DNA from: Botryllus schlosseri
Taxonomy: Eukaryota
DNA: 64,000 bases
NCBI GenBank assembly: GCA_051294905.1
Contig: CM119371.1
Location: forward strand, 40,116,001 to 40,180,000
Direction: 5' to 3'
The notes under the pieces are model-generated. The model saw nothing but the letters and a program-made list of their open reading frames with translations. It was not told where the DNA came from and searched no databases. The first letter of the stretch is position 1; each line of letters opens with the position of its first letter. This document shows, piece after piece, positions 1 to 11,263 of this stretch. The translations under genes and the position numbers were made by a program.

Positions 1-258
1 TAAAGTTGCTCCGTTATGAAATGCGTGAGGAAATTTGGTATGCCGCATCATCACAATGTCCTACAACTACGTATCAAGTTTCAAGGTGGGGAGTCACATA
101 TTAGCATGGTAATTCTGTTATTAAAGCTGACTATGTATATTTACACTCTACCGAAGACAGATTTAGGTAAAAGTTGCTATAGAACTGCGTTAGTTTTAAA
201 GTTGCTCCATCATGAAATGTGTGATGAAATTTGGTAGGCTGCATAATCACAATGCCCT
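1..258. repeat. Local ~60-bp direct repeat (1-62 and 197-258), probably within a decayed element entering from the left edge
   Basis: taaagttgctccgttatgaaatgcgtgaggaaatttggtatgccgcatcatcacaatgtcct vs taaagttgctccatcatgaaatgtgtgatgaaatttggtaggctgcataatcacaatgccct. Confidence 0.75.
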
Positions 259-1454
259 GGAGCTCATTTAGATACGTTTTTTAAATGTAGTTACACATTC
301 TAGTTGTTTTGATGAAGGAAAAAATCATTCGATATCTCGATACAACTAGTTTAACACGCGTTGATGTAACTTTCCTCATTTGTATGCATAGCCTACGCGA
401 AATTGGTTACCGAATTTTTCGATTAGTTTATATTCCGTATTTTATTTAAAACTGAAACTGTTAAGTACTACTCAAAGTGTTATAAAATGTGAAAAAGTGT
501 ACAAGTAGAATTATTATTATGTCATGAATAAGTAGTTTACAAATTCATACGATTTTTCTTGTTGCGTTTCGGGATAAAATGTAATTTTTCGCTCTTTTTT
601 ATTTTTTCAATAAAATTAGTATTCATTTTACAAAAAACGTCGTGTAAAGATAAAGTACTTGTACATTTCGTAGTGCTCAAGTATAAGTTTTTAAACCACT
701 ACCTTGACAAAATTTTCAGAATAGCAAGTTTTGCGTAAAGTCTGTCTTGAATTTAGTTGCCGGCTCTGAAAGCAAGCAAAGTTTGTGGTATTGAAAGCTA
801 TAGGCACTATCTAGTAGAGAACCTCTCGAATTGGTATTTTCTAATACCTCATTCCCATAGGCGAAATTGCAAACCTTGATCTCAGCTACGGGGAGAACAT
901 TATCTTTACGCAACTCGGGACTATTATTTCGAGCGATCTGACTTATTTTCCACTTGCGAACTCGTCCTTGCATTCATTAGGTGATGATCTATTATGCTTG
1001 CTAATTGAAATAATCAATCATAGTGTAATGCTTATGTGAGTTTTACTCATATTCAAGCGTGTTTACATTTCTACTGAATTTCTACACTAAATCTTATAAA
1101 GTAGATAGACGAGGAACACTATTAACATAAGGTAAGCGAAAAGTACGTAAATTTTGATGTCATACAAACACCACAAACTGTGCTACTTGTACTTCTTCAG
1201 AGTACTCAATTAGGTTTTTAGCTGCACGCAACAAATTCTTTCAAGTGTAAATGATATTGGACTGCTTCAACACCACGATGATTATTGTATTAAGCAGAAA
1301 TGAACCTAAAATACTAACGTTTTACTTACTCGGAAATGGCTACTTCTACCTTAATTTAAAAAACTCAAGCAAAGCTTACGAACTCCATAGTGTAAACGCC
1401 TCTAATACTCAATATGCTCTATTTGAATCTAAAAATGTTAATTCTCGTAAAACG

Positions 1455-1515
1455 TACTGGGTGTGGGATTCGAACCTACGTGAACACTTGTTCATTGGAA
1501 CTTAAGTCCATCACC
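1455..1515 (-). pseudogene. 5'-truncated tRNA-Leu(TAA)-derived fragment; shorter second copy at 1762-1809
   Basis: Reverse complement ggtgatggaCTTAAGTtccaatgaacaagtgttcacgtaGGTTCGAATCccacacccagta: anticodon arm with TAA, long variable arm, T-loop/B-box. D-arm and 5' acceptor strand are missing. Confidence 0.75.
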
Positions 1516-2054
1516 AAAAAGCTCTAATTTACAAAATTTTCGGAGTACCGACTTTTTTAGGTGAATTCTGTTATGCGCTTTGTTACCAAGTCTGAAAGCA
1601 AGCAAAATTTGTGGTATTTGATCAACATGGAAATATTGGAACTTTGCGTTTAGGTGATATTGAAAACATGAGTTACTTAAGAAAATTTCGACTCATAGGC
1701 GTGGGTAATTTAAAATACGTACGTATTAAAATCATTAATGCATCGGTCACAATTCTGCTCCATTCGAACCTACGTGAACACTTGTGCATTGGAACTTAAG
1801 TCCATCACCGAAAAGCTCTAATTTACAAAATTTTCGGAGTACCGACTTATTTAGGTGAAATCTGTTATGCGCTTTGTTACTAAGTCTGAAAGCAAGCAAA
1901 GTTTGTGGTATTTGATCAACATGGAAATTTTGGAACTTTGCGTTTAGGTGATATTGAAAACATGAGTTACTTAAGAACATTTCGACTCATAGGTGTGGGT
2001 AATTTAAAATACAGAGTATTAAAATCATTAATGTATCGGTCACAATTCTGCTCC
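1468..2054. repeat. Tandem duplication, two ~294-bp units (1468-1761, 1762-2054)
   Basis: Both units run attcgaacctacgtgaacacttgt...tcggtcacaattctgctcc; the near-identical ORF translations at 1611 and 1905 reflect this. A short related piece lies at ~764-792. Confidence 0.95.
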
Positions 2055-2670
2055 AATACAAGTACAAGTAGAGATTTCAAAGTAAGCTAGTGGTTATATT
2101 TGTAGACTAACCCCACTTCTACGTAACGATTTTTCAGTAAGTAGTTATGTTTCTAGACTACTTTCACTTCTATGTAGCGTGCTTTCATACAAATCTGCTT
2201 ACTTTTATAACCTTATATGTTATGAAGTAAAGATTAGTTTAAGGTTATGTTTGTATAACCTTGACGAGTGCTATTGTCACACTCGATTACCATCTTTAAA
2301 TCATGGCTATCTCAATGAAGTTGAATAAATTTATGGTTTCAGAATGCGCTAATCAGATCATGTCGTTATAACGCTAGGGTTCGCGTACAGGCAGAGAGAG
2401 TGTTTGTATAATTAGAGCCCGGCGAATCTCGCGCCTGCGGCTAAACTTCGTTCGATTATTTTCGCCTTGGGATTTGCGTATATTCTACTGAAGCTTCGCA
2501 CGCCGGCGGCTATAGTTCGTTTGATAATTTTCGCCTTGGGATTCGCGTATATGCTACTAAGCTGTTACGACTTTAGAAAATTCTACAAGACTATTCGGAA
2601 CGCGCACATGCAAGTGATTTGTTTTCGTGGCTCCGAGCTGGAGAATCGCTTGCCTGCGTCTAATGAAAAT

Positions 2671-3213
2671 AAGTCGTAAAATGTGGAGGCTGCAGAGACC
2701 GTAACTTGTAGACATAAAATCAAATTTAAAAATATGGACGGATGAGTTATCTCTGACCAATAGAGTAATATAACCGCCTATAGTTTGGTGGGGTATTGCT
2801 ATAATGTATATCCAAACAATCGTTGCAGACTCTGAATGTTACCTAGGTCCTTATCACAAAAAATCATGCATCAGAAGCGTAGGGATTGATATTATCAAGT
2901 CGCAGCGCTCAAAATCGCATTTTATATTAAGTAATTAGTGATGATGTGTAGAATTTTCATAATAATAATATTATCCGGAGAATATAGCCCTGCATAGACA
3001 TCATAGTTTTCGCATTCATGTAGGAATTTAAATACATAGTCCTAAATACACATAATACAATATCTGTCGATTCTAGCCAAGGTAAGTTTTGACGCGGCAA
3101 TCATAAGTCCTAAAATGTGGAAACTGCAGAAACCGTAACTTATACACATAAAATCAAGTTTAAAAAATATGGACGGATGATATTAGTCCTAAATACACAT
3201 AATACAATATCTG
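2671..3213. repeat. Dispersed local direct repeats (2671-2745 vs 3105-3180; ~3037-3066 vs ~3184-3213)
   Basis: aagtc.taaaatgtgga..ctgcaga.accgtaactt.ta.acataaaatcaa.tttaaaaatatggacggatga twice; tagtcctaaatacacataatacaatatctg twice. Confidence 0.85.
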
Positions 3214-3279
3214 AGAAAAGTATCAAGATGCGGCAATCAATGCAGTGATGATATAGCAATGGATGGATAATGTGGCACT

Positions 3280-3490
3280 ATAGGCGTGGCGCTTGATGAT
3301 GTGGCACAGATGACGTATCAGATGAATGTACCCTTAGGGGATGAAAATGGGCGTGGCAATTAGGATGACGTGGCGCTCTCTGATTGGCGGGCAACAATTT
3401 GACCAAACCCTACTACTAGCCTCCATTGTTATATTACATCAGCCGAAAACGAAGTCATCGGAGCTTACAGCTTACGTTGTCGTGAACTAG
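3280..3490 (+). mobile_element. Possible Helitron-type 3' end
   Basis: Imperfect hairpin (cggAGCTtacAGCTtacg) ~10 nt upstream of CTAG followed by T; no 5' end or Rep/Hel found. Confidence 0.25.
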
Positions 3491-3508
3491 TCGTAAAGTC
3501 ATATATTA

Positions 3509-3872
3509 CACTGGTCAACACATATTTTTGGGCAGACAAAGTAAGAGTTGTTTTGGGGGTTCTGAATGGCACTGATTCCGAATGTGACCTTAGTTTTTTT
3601 CAAATTGGCTCTTGTTGTGGAGATAACCAATGGCGCTATTTCGACCAAAATATCCCGTTTTCGCGGTAATAACTAGATATAAAATCGGCTCAGTCGTACT
3701 ATAAAGTTTAGAAATTCAATCTGCTTGATAATTTTACACACAGAAGACTCTTTTAAATCAAAATACAGCAACAGCACTATATTTAGGGGCATTGATTTAT
3801 CATAGTTACAGAGTTTCACGGGTATCAGGTAGGTTACATAAATAAACTCCAGCCATGTATAAAAGTATTTAC
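3509..3872 (+). mobile_element. Left end of Chapaev3-like (CMC) non-autonomous element, truncated by the insertion at 3873
   Basis: TTA|CACTGGTCAACA start; aligns closely with 57069-57430, the left end of the full copy. Confidence 0.8.
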
Positions 3873-6437
3873 TAGGGATGGTGTGAACCTCTGAATGGTT
3901 AAGGTTCGTGTGAACGCGAACCTTTTTGAAAGGTTCTGTGTGAACGCGAACGTGAACCTCACGACGTCAAGTGACGTCATATTGCTAATTGCAACCGTAT
4001 ATTTCAGTGAAGTGATAGCCTATATCAGTGCTTTTCAACCTTTTCGAGCTCCATTCGCACTTTTTTTGTAAAAGAAATTTCATTCGCACAAACTAATCAA
4101 AAATTTTTATACAAAAAGAAGATGAAGATACTTAACAACATTTTGTTCAGATGTACAACAAATTGGCTATATTATGTAGCTTAAGCTATTTAGGTGTCTC
4201 ATTAAAATGGCAATTTTTTTCTCTCGTTTTGCTTTCAACTATTTCACTAAAACCCGTCTCGGCCAAACAATGTTGTTGGGTTTTGTACAAGAACGTTCAC
4301 TAGTGCTTGGATAGCCAGATCTCAAAATCTGTTCCGCAATCCAATCCAAAATACAGCGTATTTTTCGCGAGTGAAAAATGCTTGCTGGCTGAAATCGTTT
4401 TTGAGAGCTGACACACAGGTCCTAGAGGCTCCACTTTTTCGAAAGGATGAAAACCCCACATGTTTGTTAAGGCTTTTGCCTTATGTCCTGGAACATAAGG
4501 TGCAAAACGATCAAGGAGAGTAGGCACGTTATAGCTCGCTACCTTATGATACGTTGCTCCAATTTCTGTCTCGCGAGTATATGAGAAGAGCAAATGAACT
4601 CACCATACTGTGTGCTCTACTCTTTAGCTCAATCTAACTTGAGAATTCATAATAGTTTAATAACGGTAAAGCACCTTTTAGACTACCACCGGAATCTGAG
4701 TTTTTGTGGCATTTCGCGACCCAAGCTTCACCCATAAAAAGGAATTCATTTTAATATTACAGTTGTGTGGTACGATTTTACGGGCATGTATGGCACACCA
4801 CAATTATACCCAACACAGCTCTACGAAACATGTCTGATGCGCGCGATTTCAAATTAGGGCGAATTAAATTCCTCTGCGTGTCGCAGTTGTACTACTGTCT
4901 ACTCAGATTGCAAGAACGGGACTATTCCGTGCCGACAACGAAGCATATCCAATCCATCTCGAAAGTTTTGGCCATCCAGCATCGGTCATTTTTAGACCAA
5001 GGTTTTGTCGTCGCTTATGTTTTTGGCACCGTATGTTATCAGCGATTTGTTGGCCAAAACTTTACGTCTTCATGCGCCCCGGCGCAGATGGAATTGGACT
5101 CGAAACGAATGAGCCTGAACTCGCTCGCTGCACACTCCTACACTAGTCCATCCCAGCGGTCTTCGACCATATTTTCTAGAAAACACAAGTCGGACAAATC
5201 TTATCATGAATTCTCATGATAAAGTTTTACTTTCTGCGTGTCTCGCTAATTGGCTACAGTACCCAACACAGTGACCTTGGATAGATTAAAACTCTCGCAG
5301 GATTTTTCGCAATAAATTCCACAAATATTACATACATATTAACAGATAGCTCTGGCATCGTGTCTACCCAAAATTATACCCTTTGTGGTCCATATATTTA
5401 TATCCCTTGAACGGGTAAAAATTCGCGTTACAGTAACTTGCAAATGTGAGTCTGTAATCATGGTATTTAGTATTTACAACTATCCTCGTGCCTCGCGCTA
5501 ATTGAACAGTTATTACGAAAATATGATGATTGTTTTGCGAAAGAAATCAGAGCGTCAATCTGGCGCCATTTTTCCAGCATGTCGCAGGCTCAGAAGGGCT
5601 GATATACTGTATGTCTGCCACTGCACCAACTTCCAAACCAGGCTTTTGGCTATACGTAATAATTATAGTGCTAATATATTAATTGATTACGGCTTGTGAG
5701 AGTTACGATTAGTGGTGCGTCGTATCAAGTTTTTACAATTGCGTCGCAACTACGAAAGTTACACTAACCTTAAATTTTCTATTGGGTTTACGTTAGGAAA
5801 ATTAACAATTAATCACGATTTTCATTCGCACTTGATCCGGATTTTTATTCACACCATTCGCACCACCTTCGTCATTCGCACTTGATATGGATTTTCATTG
5901 GCACTGTTCGCACCATCTTCGTCATTCGCACTGCAATTTTCTTCATTCGCACAAGTGCAAACCGTCACACAGGTTGAAAAGCGCTGGCGTATATTAATGT
6001 ACACTACACGGACGATACCTATAGCGAAACGATTCGGGCCACATAATGCCGCAACGCTGTAGTACATTTTGACGTTTTAAGCGTCGGTAAATGTATCAAC
6101 TGAGGCAATCAAATGATATAATAATTCCATAAAATCAGTATCTTCCGTCGTTTTGCCAACAATTTCAACGAGGACTTGCAATGGAACATAAGCTTACGCC
6201 AGACACGACAATGTATTTGGCGCCCAAGTATTGCTACGTTAATATTGAGCAGAGCGTAAAACGGGTTTCTATTCTTGCTGGCGATATTACCCCATTAACA
6301 AGTTAAATATAGCAGTTGCCAACACCCACTCGCACGGATTTGGGTTTTATGATACAGTAAACATACGTAGTCAAGATTGGCCTCGTACGCCTGCTAGATT
6401 TTTTACATCAGACAATAATATCAATCTCATTGATTGG
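3873..6437 (+). mobile_element. hAT-like MITE family TAGGGATGGTGTGAAC, interrupted by 4026-5986 and truncated at 6437
   Basis: TAGGGATG terminus with GTGAAC/GCGAAC iterons; 3873-4025 plus 5995-6437 align with 31360-32110 and, inverted, with 50369-51332. Confidence 0.8.
4026..5986. mobile_element. Non-autonomous hAT (Buster/Charlie-type) element
   Basis: TIR cagtgcttttcaacct / aggttgaaaagcgctg; TSD gcctatat/gcgtatat; TCATTCGCAC iterons at both ends. Confidence 0.9.
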
Positions 6438-8623
6438 TCAAAATCATCGGTTAGCCACATGAAATAACAATATGCTCTTGTACATCGAAATGCGTGTTTT
6501 GGAAATTAGACAATAGGCTTCGATAGGTCTGTGATGTCCGGGTTCGTGCTTTGAATTGTCCAGAGTCAAAATGTCTGAATTAAACACCCCCCTCGACTGC
6601 GGCACCTGGTTGGTACGTGGATAACGGTGTTCGGAAACGGTTGGATTTATGTCACCCATCGCGATAACAATTCCGGGTCGAGTTTTCTCCCAAATGTTTA
6701 CTATATTGTGTCTTTATTGGTCAATGTATGTCTCGACAGTCAGTTTGAAATCGGAAACCCTGATAAAGTATGTCACCGGATCCGGATATTCGCTCATGAC
6801 CCAACGACCAATATTCAAGTAAACATGTTACACCCTGTGTTTCCACGAAAAAATACCAATGCGCCATCCACACATACGTCGCGATTTATCGCGTTAATAG
6901 AGGGGGCTGTATGACATTGCATGCAATGTGTTGGTATACAAACATCGGGGAGTAAGCCTTCGATCCACAGACATTATCTTAGCCGGTAGTTTTGATGTAG
7001 ATCGAATGTCATCAAGCACACCCGATGTCATACCAATAAGACACATTGCAATGACTCTGAGTCTGTAAATAGAACCGTAACATGATTATTCGCACGGCTA
7101 CAAGCGACAGTGGAAGTGAACTGTACAGCATTTACCAATAGAGCGTTCACAGTCAAATATGCGAACCGTGCACAATCATATACCCAGATTTTTGTTGGAT
7201 ATGTACGAATCCGATAAATCGATACATTTATGTTCCTTCGACATCAATAATACAAGCGTTATTGCAATGCATCGCTCGAATGTGAGGTTCGTTGGGTGTA
7301 AAATCTGTGTCAAATAACACCAAAGTGTGCCTTCCGTGTTTTATTATTTCCACCGTCGCATCATGTCTGTGTCGTAACACTATGGTGTGGGGAATTGAAA
7401 AACGGTGGATTGTGAAACGGATTGACATGACCAACTGAAACCGACGACAATAGCCTTGTGGTGATACCGTTTCAAAATGTTCCTCGATATGACGACACCA
7501 ACCTCGATCTCTTGTTGCGATGGTCTTCTCGAAATGTCGTCTGACGAACTGGACAAACCCTTACGATGGTGTGTTTTATGATTGCATGTGAAATCACCAG
7601 AGGCAATGTTCTATTGTGGTGTACGATTGCAGTCTTCATTCCACATAAACACACCTTATTGGATCACAGTATCAGTCCGAGATTTGCAGAATCACTGTTC
7701 ACGATGTTTATCTGGAGTCGTTATGTGGGAGTAGCGACATCCATTGATCGTGACTGAAAGACTGATCGCAATCATTTCGAGCACCCGTGATTCGATGGTT
7801 CACCTTGATCAAACGCTGTAGTCTCAGCAAAGAACCTCGGTGTCGACAACACGATGGATATCGAACGATGTATCCAGTCACCAGTGGTCTGGGTGGTCTA
7901 TCCGCGGATAGGGTCAGGACTATCTTGTAATGTTACAACACGATAACACCATCGAGTAAATCAGTGAACGGCGCCGAAATATCGATGTAATAGCGCAGAC
8001 TCAGAGTCATTGCAATGTGTCTTATTGGTATAACTTCGGGTGTACTTGATGACATTCGATCTACATCAAAACTACCGGCTAAGATAATGTCTGTGGATCG
8101 AAGGCTTACTCCCCGATGTTTGTATACCAACATATTGCATGCAATGTCATACAGCCCCCTCTATTTACGCGATAAATCGCGACGTATGTGTGGATGGCGC
8201 ATTGGTATTTTTTCGTGGAAACACAGGGTGTAACATGTTTACTTGAATATTGGTCGTTGGGTCATGAGCGAATATCCGGATCCGGTGACATACTTTATCA
8301 GGGTTTCCGATTTCAAACTGAATGTCGAGACATACATTGACCAATAAAGACACAATATAGTAAACATGTGGAAGAAAACTCGACCCGGAATTGTTATCGC
8401 GATGGGTGACATAAATCCAACCGTTTCCGAACACCGTTATCCACGTACCAACCAGGTGCCGCAGTCGAGGGGGGTGTTTAATTCAGACATTTTGACTCTG
8501 GACAATCCAAAGCACGAACCCGGACATCACAGACCTATCGAAGCCTATTGTCTAATTTCCAAAACACGCATTTCGATGTACAAGAGCATATTGTTATTTC
8601 ATGTGGCTAACCGATGATTTTGA
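6438..8623. repeat. 628-bp inverted duplication (arms 6438-7065 and 7996-8623; 930-bp spacer)
   Basis: Arms are reverse complements with ~9 mismatches by eye; mirrored ORF pairs 6444/8366 and 6627/8165; no TSD. Confidence 0.97.
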
Positions 8624-8774
8624 TCGGATGCACCAACACAAGTGAATATGCGATTACACAAATGTATCGGAGTCGTTGTTCGTGTATATTTCCGTCACTG
8701 TTCGTTGCAATCTATTTCAAACTGTCGTCAATACAACAAATACCAAATTGGCAGGTGTGTTGTCAGATTTCCAA

Positions 8775-9262
8775 ATGAAAGCGGTTTTGTTACTCTAGGA
8801 AAAGATAGATGGTCAAGTGAAAATGTATTGTTACACTGGGTAAACGCCAGATCTCCAAAGGAAAATGATGTTTTTACTCAGGTAAACGACGGACCGCCAA
8901 GTGAAAATGATTTGTTGCCCAGGGAAAAATATATTTCCAAGTAAAAATGGTTTGTCGCTGAGGGAAAAAATATATATTTCCAAGTGAAAATGGTTTGTTA
9001 TTCAGGGTAAAAATATATTTTCAAGTGAAAATGGTTTGTTGCTCAGGGGAAAAATATATATACAAGTGAAAATGGTTTTGTTACTCTGGGTAAACGATAG
9101 ATCACCAAAGGAAAATGGTTTTGTTACCCGGGTAACGGTGGATCTCCAGGTGATATTGATATTTTTTACTCGGGTAAGCGTCATGTATCCAAATCAACAT
9201 GTATTTTTACTCGGGTAAGTGTCGTGTGTCCAAAGGAAATGTATTGTTACTCGGGTAAGTGT
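8775..9262. repeat. Minisatellite, ~11 degenerate copies of a ~43-bp unit
   Basis: Recurring aagtgaaaatgg(t)ttgttactc(a/g)gggtaaa / agatc(t/a)ccaaaggaaaatg. Confidence 0.9.
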
Positions 9263-10018
9263 CGTGGGTTCAGTGTTTCCAGTGTCGTTGGTATTGTTAA
9301 ACGTTGTCGCCGGTAGCCGTTGGTATACTATTATGAGTGTGAAAAGGATTTGCACGTCTTGTGCAGAGTATCGCGACAGTGAACGTATTTTTGGTGCGAC
9401 GAAACAAGATCGTTGTTTAAATGTGACCGCATGTATCTCGATTACCGAGTAGATGTACAACAGAGAAGAGTCTACAGTTAGTTCGTGCTGTATGTCCCGA
9501 TAAAAAGCACAACGAAGACCACTTATGACTCGATTCGAAACATTTCAACCCTTCTTGCATTTAGTCAATTCGAATCAATTGTAATACAGATCCCCCAAGT
9601 ATGACACACCCACACATACACACTAATATCGTAAACACTCAACTCGATGACATTGATATAGTGTTACTAAAAATAATTATAAAATATTTGCAAAACAAAA
9701 TCGGAATTTATGTAGTAGCAAGTAAATAAGTTGTTTGAGTGTCGTGTTCGATGAGAACGATTGATGACAAGTATACTTTGGTGTTGGAGTGAAAATGAAT
9801 TATTTAGCGTAGTGACAATTTGTGACCGACGAATGAAAATTGATCATGGTATTACAATATACGCTTTAATCAACATAACGGCTTGACACTGAAAAACACT
9901 TTCACGTTATTCGATAACTCGATTCTCGAAACTTGTTACTTGTACAATTTACCGTTGGGTGCAAACTATAACGACCATTTTGTATGACAGTATGTTTCAG
10001 CTGTTTTGTTGTTAGGAC

Positions 10019-11263
10019 TAGAGCCCGACCGATTATCGGCTCGCCGATAATATCGAGTCGATATCACGCTTGGAGAGAAATATCGGTATCGGCCATTGAA
10101 GGTAAAAAAAGATCGGCCATTTTGGTGACGTCACAACATGGTGGCAGGGAGTCAAGAGAAGTCGGTGAAAGACGTGAGGACGGTCAATTATAAAAATAAA
10201 TGGCCAAGCTGCATATAGTGCATACTGCATACAGGGCAGTAGGCGTGTCTATCTGAATATTATAGATAACTAACCACCGTTATGCCCCACTGACTTCGTG
10301 GGAATCCCCCGTCAGTAATCGATCAGCAAAGACAGAGAGCAGCTGGATGGATAGTTGTCTGCAGAAGATTTCAATCAGTAAGAGAAATGAGAACTTCAAT
10401 CATGATGGACTGACCCTCGTAATGATAGAGAAAAGCGTCGCGTCGAAACATTTCCCGGTTCGGTTCCAACAGAGCTAATCATACCAGTAATGTATGAAGT
10501 CGTCTGACTGAGGCCTGCGGCTGCGGAGCCACCATGATAGGAAATATGCGAGCATAGAGGGCAAGAAAATCAAGCAAACGTGGAGTAAAGCCAGTAATTG
10601 ATACGAAAATTTTTGATTCCATGATGACATTGGCCAATTCTGACAAAATAGTGTAAAATATTGATCAATTGATTGTTGAAATGCTGGTCAAAGGCCCATG
10701 GGGGATGGGTGGAGCAGTTGCAGACGTGGACAATTTGAGTTCTTTTGCACATTCTCATCAGCTATTTGTTAATGATGTGCTGAAGGCTCCAGGTGTCAGA
10801 AGAATATCAATATCAATATTTGGTTAAACCATTGAAGGAAAGATCCCCTGCAAGGGAGCGGTGGAACCGAAATGAAGAAAGATTTCCTGCTGTGCCACTA
10901 ACTATGCTACCAAGTGAAAGACTGCTCACTGTGTTTAGTACTATATACATCATCTATGGAAGACCACAGAAGTTCACTCCTAGGAGAAAGGGCCGAGAAA
11001 TTGTGCTTCGTGAACTGTAATCTGCAACTGCTGGATAGGTGCTTTTAATACATTTTTATAGTTCCTTGATCATTTATTTCATGTTCAAGCATATCAATGG
11101 CTGTTAAGTTGTTGAAAGAAATGCTCTGAGGTGTTAAATATGGGCCTTGAGCTAGATTCCATATCTTTTGAATATCGGCTGAATATATCGGGGTTATCGG
11201 TGGAGGTACTGGATATCGGTCTTATCGGTATCGGCTCAGAAATCCAATATCGGTCGGGCTCTA
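10019..11263. mobile_element. Non-autonomous hAT (Ac-type) element
   Basis: TIR TAGAGCCCGACCGAT; perfect TSD GTTAGGAC (10011-10018, 11264-11271); ATCGG iterons; remnant WNRNEERFP...PSERL..VFS resembling the hAT C-terminal domain. Confidence 0.95.

Noticed and set aside
1455..1515. Functional tRNA-Leu gene
   Set aside because: D-arm/A-box and 5' acceptor strand are missing.
6438..8623. Intact TIR transposon with 628-bp TIRs
   Set aside because: No TSD, no transposase in the spacer, and the right-arm reading frame continues beyond the arm.
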